Source: a virus
Length of the DNA: 60,667 nucleotides
Reading direction: 5' to 3' (one strand)
IMG/VR virus record: IMGVR_UViG_3300023235_000002
The notes below the pieces were generated by a model, which made no database searches, had not been told where the DNA came from, and saw only the letters and a list, made by a program, of their open reading frames with translations. This document shows, one piece after another, positions 57,203 through 60,667 of this stretch. The first letter of the stretch is position 1. Each line of letters begins with the position of its first letter. The position numbers and the translations under genes were made by a program.

Positions 57203-59052
57203 CTTCTTCCTAATGCCACGTCTACTGTAAAAGGAACTTTAAGTCCTTCTATACAGTTTTCCATTAAATTAGATATTTTTTTAATATCTGTTTCTTCGTT
57301 AATAGAAAAACATAATTCATCGTGTATCTGTAATAATGGTCTATAGCCAGCATTATAGCAATCTATCATAGCTCTTTTTGATTGATCTGCAGCGGATCCT
57401 TGTATAAGTCTATTTAAAGCCTTATAGGTACCTGCTCTCTTTATATTATTACCATAATGAGCCTTAGCTTCTTCATACTTCATAGATTTATGCATTCCGA
57501 AGGTAGATGGCTCCCACATATCAAATCTACACTTACGTCCTCCAATAGTCCTAATATATCCAAATTTATTAGCTGAACTCATAACTTCATTCGCTAACTT
57601 TTTAACAAAGGGAACTCTACTGTCGTACCTTTGAAGTAATTGCTCTGCCTCCACTTTAGAAATACCTAATTCTTTAGATAGTTTATTTTTACCCATTCCA
57701 TAAAAGATACCTAAGTTAATAGTCTTAGCAGCGGATCTTGGTATTCCTGCCATATCTGCTACCAACTGATGAAAATCAGCTTGTTCATTTTGATAAGCTT
57801 TAATAAAATCTTCTGCTCCAGAAGTAAGGCCAGAATCAATAGATGCTGCATAGTGAGCCACGAGCCGTGGTTCTTGCTGAGAGTAATCAAAAGAACCCCA
57901 CTGTCTTCCTTCTTCAGGTAAGAATAAACTTCTTATCTTATTTCCATAATCTTTATTCTTAGAAGGTATTTGTTGTAAATTCATATTAGAGTAACTTAAT
58001 CTACCTGAAACCGTTCCTCCACCATCTGATCTTAGTTGATGTATTTCAGAATGAATTCTTCCTTTAAAAGCATACCTATCAATAGCATCTAAAAAAGTAG
58101 AATGAAATTTATTTACTTCTCTTGCATCTCTTACTAATTTAGCAATTCTATGTTCACAGTTCTGTAACCAATTAGAAGTAAAGCTAGGCTCTTTTGCTTT
58201 CTCAGACAATGGATAATCTACTCCTAAATGATCAAAGGCTTTTGCTACTGATCTATTTGCCCAAATGTCTACACTCATACCAGTTAATTCTCTTAATTCT
58301 TTTAATATTTTATTTTCGTCTAGAATAAATTCTTTTTTAAGAACTTTGATTTTATCAAAATCTACTCTTATTCCTGTCATTCTCATTTCAATAAGAATAG
58401 GTAGTAGCTCCATTTCCATATCAAAAACATCCTGTAAGTTTTCTTTAATGATAACTGGTTTTAAATATTCCCAAAGCTTATAGGTTAATGCAGCATCTTG
58501 CTCTGCATAGTGCCCTACAAAACCAGCAGGCATTCTCCAGAGATCTGCTTTAGGATCTAATCCCCATTCTTTTGCCTTATCTTTTAAAAAAGCTTCTGAT
58601 TTAATTTCTCCCAATAAATCAAAACCTAAAGCATTTAATGAGTAAGAGTACCTATTCTCATTTACTACCGCAGCGGCTACCATAGTATCAATGATCTTAC
58701 CGTTAATTTCAAAACCATTTATTTTTAACCAACCTACATCATATGAAGCATTGTGAAATATTTTAGTACAAGGTAATTTTAATAAATCTTGTATGTATGC
58801 TACGGTGACTCCTTCATCCATATTACCACCTGCATCATGTTTAATAGGAAAATAATATTGCTGACCAGCAGTAGCTACTGCAAAGCCTACAATACCTCCG
58901 TCAAATCTAGGCCAACCAGGTCCTAATTTCTTAAGGTTAGGATCCTTTGTTTCTAAGTCAATTGCTATTGCATCTGCGTGAGATAGATCTGGATACTCTG
59001 ACGGGCATACCCAATCAGCTTCTTGAAATACAAAGTTAAGATTGTGTGCCAT
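57181..59052 (-). CDS. polA: Family A DNA polymerase with a 3'-5' exonuclease domain
   Basis: Exo motifs IAIDLETKD, HNASYDVGWL and HYAEQDA. Pol motif A DYSQQEPRL, motif B RSAAKTINLGIFYGMG, motif C LQIHDEL. Confidence 0.9.
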   Translation of the reverse strand: MAHNLNFVFQEADWVCPSEYPDLSHADAIAIDLETKDPNLKKLGPGWPRFDGGIVGFAVATAGQQYYFPIKHDAGGNMDEGVTVAYIQDLLKLPCTKIFHNASYDVGWLKINGFEINGKIIDTMVAAAVVNENRYSYSLNALGFDLLGEIKSEAFLKDKAKEWGLDPKADLWRMPAGFVGHYAEQDAALTYKLWEYLKPVIIKENLQDVFDMEMELLPILIEMRMTGIRVDFDKIKVLKKEFILDENKILKELRELTGMSVDIWANRSVAKAFDHLGVDYPLSEKAKEPSFTSNWLQNCEHRIAKLVRDAREVNKFHSTFLDAIDRYAFKGRIHSEIHQLRSDGGGTVSGRLSYSNMNLQQIPSKNKDYGNKIRSLFLPEEGRQWGSFDYSQQEPRLVAHYAASIDSGLTSGAEDFIKAYQNEQADFHQLVADMAGIPRSAAKTINLGIFYGMGKNKLSKELGISKVEAEQLLQRYDSRVPFVKKLANEVMSSANKFGYIRTIGGRKCRFDMWEPSTFGMHKSMKYEEAKAHYGNNIKRAGTYKALNRLIQGSAADQSKRAMIDCYNAGYRPLLQIHDELCFSINEETDIKKISNLMENCIEGLKVPFTVDVALGRSWGEAKE

Positions 59053-59723
59053 TATTTATTCTCCTTATAGTATAGTTTATCGTTTTCTAATGAAGTTACT
59101 TTAGGTAACTTTTTATTTACAAAAATAAAATCGATCGCCATTAATTTCCCGTTGTAGAAAATACTGTCTAAGTCAAAAACTTTAAAATTACAATTAGCCA
59201 TGTAATTAATATAACACTCAAATAAAGGAGCTCCTTTGTTGTTTGGATGCACAGGACACTCTAATTGTACAAATTTAGTTTTTTCAAATAAATCTAAAGA
59301 TCCTTCTATAATCTCAAGTTCTGCTCCTTGTACGTCCATTTTTATATAATCCATAGTAACCTCTTTAGGTAAGATATCGGATAATTTTTTAGTTTCTTTC
59401 TTTATGGTTTTAAAAGGGACATTAGAATTTTCTTCATACAAAGAGGATCCTGTTTGGTCAGCTTTTTCTTCAGAGTAATGAAAAGATCGTTCTCTACCTT
59501 TTTCAGAAATAATACTACAGTAAAAAGTACCTAACTTTTCTAACTCTTTTTTATAGGTGTCATTAGCATCTATTAAATAATACTGAGCATCTTTGTAAGT
59601 TTGTTTAGCTAGTTCTGTCCACTTACCTCTATAGCATCCAACATCTACTATATGTTTGAAATCAAGATTAGCTTCTTTCATTCGTTTAAAAAATCTTGTG
59701 TTTACTTCTCTAGGTATGCTCAT
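59052..59723 (-). CDS. FkbM-family SAM-dependent methyltransferase
   Basis: VDVGCYRGKWT (motif I) and MDYIKMDVQGAELEIIEG (FkbM signature). Confidence 0.75.
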   Translation of the reverse strand: MSIPREVNTRFFKRMKEANLDFKHIVDVGCYRGKWTELAKQTYKDAQYYLIDANDTYKKELEKLGTFYCSIISEKGRERSFHYSEEKADQTGSSLYEENSNVPFKTIKKETKKLSDILPKEVTMDYIKMDVQGAELEIIEGSLDLFEKTKFVQLECPVHPNNKGAPLFECYINYMANCNFKVFDLDSIFYNGKLMAIDFIFVNKKLPKVTSLENDKLYYKENK

Positions 59724-60202
59724 TATTTTTTATCTATTTTTTGTATATGGGTTAATTGTTCTATATCTTGAAAAGGAACCATAGTAATTTTATCCTTACG
59801 TCCTTCTCTTTGATATATCATATAAATCCCCTTTCCTTTTTTTTTGTTGTTTTCTTTTATTTTATTAGTAACAAAGTTTAATAACTCTTCTCTATCCACT
59901 AATAACCAATAAGAAGTCCGTTCAAAAACAATAAAGTCAGCTTTGCCCTTAATCCAGCCAGGGTTACCACGGACATTGGTTTCTTCCACCCAAGTAATAT
60001 CGTCTTGATAATTAACATCTGAACGATTAATTTTTTTTCTTCCCTTAACATCAAATTTCAATAGTTTTCCATCCAACTCTCCTTCTATGTCCCAATGCTC
60101 AAACATATCTTGTTCACTATTAGCCCATTTTGGATTTATTAAACATTTAGAAAAATGTTCTTCTACAATTTTACCTTGTGTTTTAAAATTTTTCCAACTC
60201 AT
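59723..60202 (-). CDS. PD-(D/E)XK nuclease-like protein
   Basis: EHWDIEGELDGKLLKFDVKGRKK fits D...(D/E)xK. 159 aa. Confidence 0.4.
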   Translation of the reverse strand: MSWKNFKTQGKIVEEHFSKCLINPKWANSEQDMFEHWDIEGELDGKLLKFDVKGRKKINRSDVNYQDDITWVEETNVRGNPGWIKGKADFIVFERTSYWLLVDREELLNFVTNKIKENNKKKGKGIYMIYQREGRKDKITMVPFQDIEQLTHIQKIDKK

Positions 60203-60250
60203 TTTTTATCTATTTTTCTCCAGGCTGTGTTTGATAAGTAGCAAGCTAAC

Positions 60251-60526
60251 TTACTTACCTTTGCCCAAAACCATTTTCGTAGTTTCATTATCTTCCTTTC
60301 TAAGTTCTTCTATTTCTAATTCACAATAATGAATTATCTTTTTTAAATCCTCTACTCCGTTTTTATCTTTATATCTCACTGCATATTTAATTACGTTGCC
60401 TTGAAAGAAAGATAATTCGTTAGTTTGTATAAATGTGTAAGGTTGAATTTTATGTTTAGAGTAATGGTCTCCTCCTTCTTGTCTTGTTTTAGGGAATGCA
60501 CGTTCCATATCTGATTTATTTGTCAT
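60251..60526 (-). CDS. DUF3310-family protein
   Basis: GGDHYSKHKIQPYTFI...FFQGNVIKYAVRYKDKNGVEDLKKIIHY matches the DUF3310 pattern. Confidence 0.65.
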   Translation of the reverse strand: MTNKSDMERAFPKTRQEGGDHYSKHKIQPYTFIQTNELSFFQGNVIKYAVRYKDKNGVEDLKKIIHYCELEIEELRKEDNETTKMVLGKGK

Positions 60527-60667
60527 AGTTTGCCTTATATTTATTATAAAATTTACCCAGAGGGAAATGGTATTTATGGTCAGTATTAATCAAATGTAAA
60601 GCTTTTTTTGCTCTAGTAACTCCTGTGTACCAAACTCTTAATTCCTTTATTTTATCTTGTAAATTCT
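60516..60667 (-). CDS. 3'-terminal fragment of the UvrD-like helicase gene (same gene as 1..1580; 5' part cut by the window end)
   Basis: The frame from the duplicated 127 nt continues ...GKFYNKYKANYDK to a TAA at 60518..60516, overlapping the DUF3310 start. Confidence 0.8.
   Translation of the reverse strand, partial: NLQDKIKELRVWYTGVTRAKKALHLINTDHKYHFPLGKFYNKYKANYDK
60541..60667. repeat. Second copy of the 127-nt window/assembly overlap
   Basis: Identical to 1..127. Confidence 0.95.

Noticed and set aside
1-60667. Temperate lifestyle or prophage features (integrase, repressor/Cro switch, att sites)
   Set aside because: No integrase or recombinase-like ORF and no CI-like repressor was recognised. 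The 127-nt end identity lies inside a gene and is an assembly overlap, not att sites

Overview
The window is one complete, visibly AT-rich dsDNA phage genome of 60,540 nt. It carries a 127-nt overlap (1..127 is identical to 60541..60667), so the assembly is circular or circularly permuted. There are about 100 genes. All but three lie on the minus strand, and most are joined by 1-4 nt stop/start overlaps (TAATG or ATGA).

Modules in minus-strand transcription order:
- Replication block A (60526 to 56415): DUF3310, a PD-(D/E)XK nuclease, an FkbM methyltransferase and a family A DNA polymerase.
- A two-gene plus-strand islet (55935..56329).
- An early-type block (55814 to 44997): a 980-aa protein followed by many small ORFs, including LPD29-like, DUF2958 and an SPPY-type DNA methyltransferase.
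- Packaging and head (44720 to 32297): terS, an HExxH protein, VRR-NUC, terL, portal, a LAGLIDADG homing endonuclease, a holin-like protein, a GroES-like protein, scaffold and major capsid.
- Lysis genes: a spanin-like pair and an M15 endolysin.
- Tail genes: gp11-like, two fibres and a gp12-like nozzle. An enzyme island is embedded here (2OG-Fe(II) oxygenase paralogs, a carbamoyltransferase and two glycosyltransferases).
- Internal virion proteins.
- Replication block B: nuclease, AdoMetDC, SNF2 helicase on the plus strand, an SSB-like protein, an AEP primase and a UvrD-like helicase that crosses the window junction.

I saw no tail sheath, tube or tape-measure gene, and no RNA polymerase, integrase, tRNA or CRISPR array. 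The best reading is a lytic, podovirus-like phage that depends on host RNAP.

Most notable observations:
1. The tail-module enzyme island, a candidate virion or glycan modification pathway.
2. A strand-specific, strongly over-represented GC-rich motif (GACCACGGATCAGG on the coding strand). It occurs in genes in different frames and in intergenic DNA.
3. Near-identical promoter-like elements placed 5-6 nt from start codons, which suggests leaderless mRNAs.
4. A structured 286-nt non-coding island upstream of terL, and an AGGTACA iteron array upstream of the packaging operon.
5. Many unannotated TAATG-coupled micro-ORFs.

All functional calls come from motif recognition by eye. No database search was run.
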